From assembly GCA_963758295.1 (NCBI GenBank), contig CAVWUU010000006.1, positions 1-64,000 of the forward strand: DNA of 64,000 nucleotides. The letters are read 5' to 3'. The notes beneath the pieces are model-generated. The model made no database searches. It was not told the DNA's origin and worked only from the letters and a program-made list of their open reading frames with translations. The first letter of the stretch is position 1; each line of letters starts with the position of its first letter. This stretch comes from Candidatus Eremiobacteria bacterium. GTDB lineage: Bacteria > Vulcanimicrobiota > Vulcanimicrobiia > Vulcanimicrobiales > Vulcanimicrobiaceae. Shown in pieces: positions 63,868 to 64,000 of the stretch. The position numbers were made by a program, and so were the translations under genes.

Positions 63868-64000
63868 TGGCGGGAACGGTGTGAAGAAGATCGAGTGTCG
63901 CATTGAGCACGTAGCGCAAACCCGTGATTCCAGCCGCGAAATCCCATTCGCTCTTCGCGCGATCGCCGACAATATTTGAAATGCCGCGAACCTCCAGCGC
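63857..64000 (-). CDS. mqnB: C-terminal end of futalosine hydrolase (partial; not in the ORF track)
   Basis: My translation ALEVRGISNIVGDRAKSEWDFAAG...SAD* matches the E-x-R-x-ISN-x-VG-x-R-x-x-x-x-W pattern; overlaps the mqnD start. Confidence 0.8.
   Translation of the reverse strand, partial: ALEVRGISNIVGDRAKSEWDFAAGITGLRYVLNATLDLLHTVPASAD

Overview
Mostly ordinary chromosome of a GC- and CpG-rich bacterium. Gene content (futalosine mqnB/mqnD, copper-amine-oxidase N-terminal domain protein, glyQS-ppdK-dnaG-rpoD order, sigmaH-like promoters) suggests Ca. Eremiobacterota/WPS-2, but that is inference. Bases 1-5060 are different: the distal baseplate end of a contractile-tail locus that resembles an extracellular contractile injection system (eCIS). 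It is joined in-frame at ~5060/5061 to an N-terminally truncated glycyl-tRNA synthetase, most likely an assembly chimera. The remainder holds ppdK, an HD dNTPase, dnaG-rpoD, a kamB-kamC-kce lysine-catabolism module, oppBC, tRNA-Leu(GAG), an RND pump with extra TM helices, pepN, dacB, tldD/pmbA, malic enzyme, trxB, a glcD-glcE-terpene cyclase (DUF2600) cluster, namZ and mqnD/mqnB. Frameshifts cluster at 1-3500 and ~39,250-52,850 and look like long-read indel errors. Best leads: (1) the eCIS-like fragment and its junction; (2) a recurrent NNGG-N17-19-CGAA-N9-11-start motif implying a leaderless sigmaH-like regulon; (3) a YtpB-like terpene cyclase translationally coupled to glcDE; (4) an orphan KamBC-Kce module; (5) two adjacent apparently catalytically dead enzymes.
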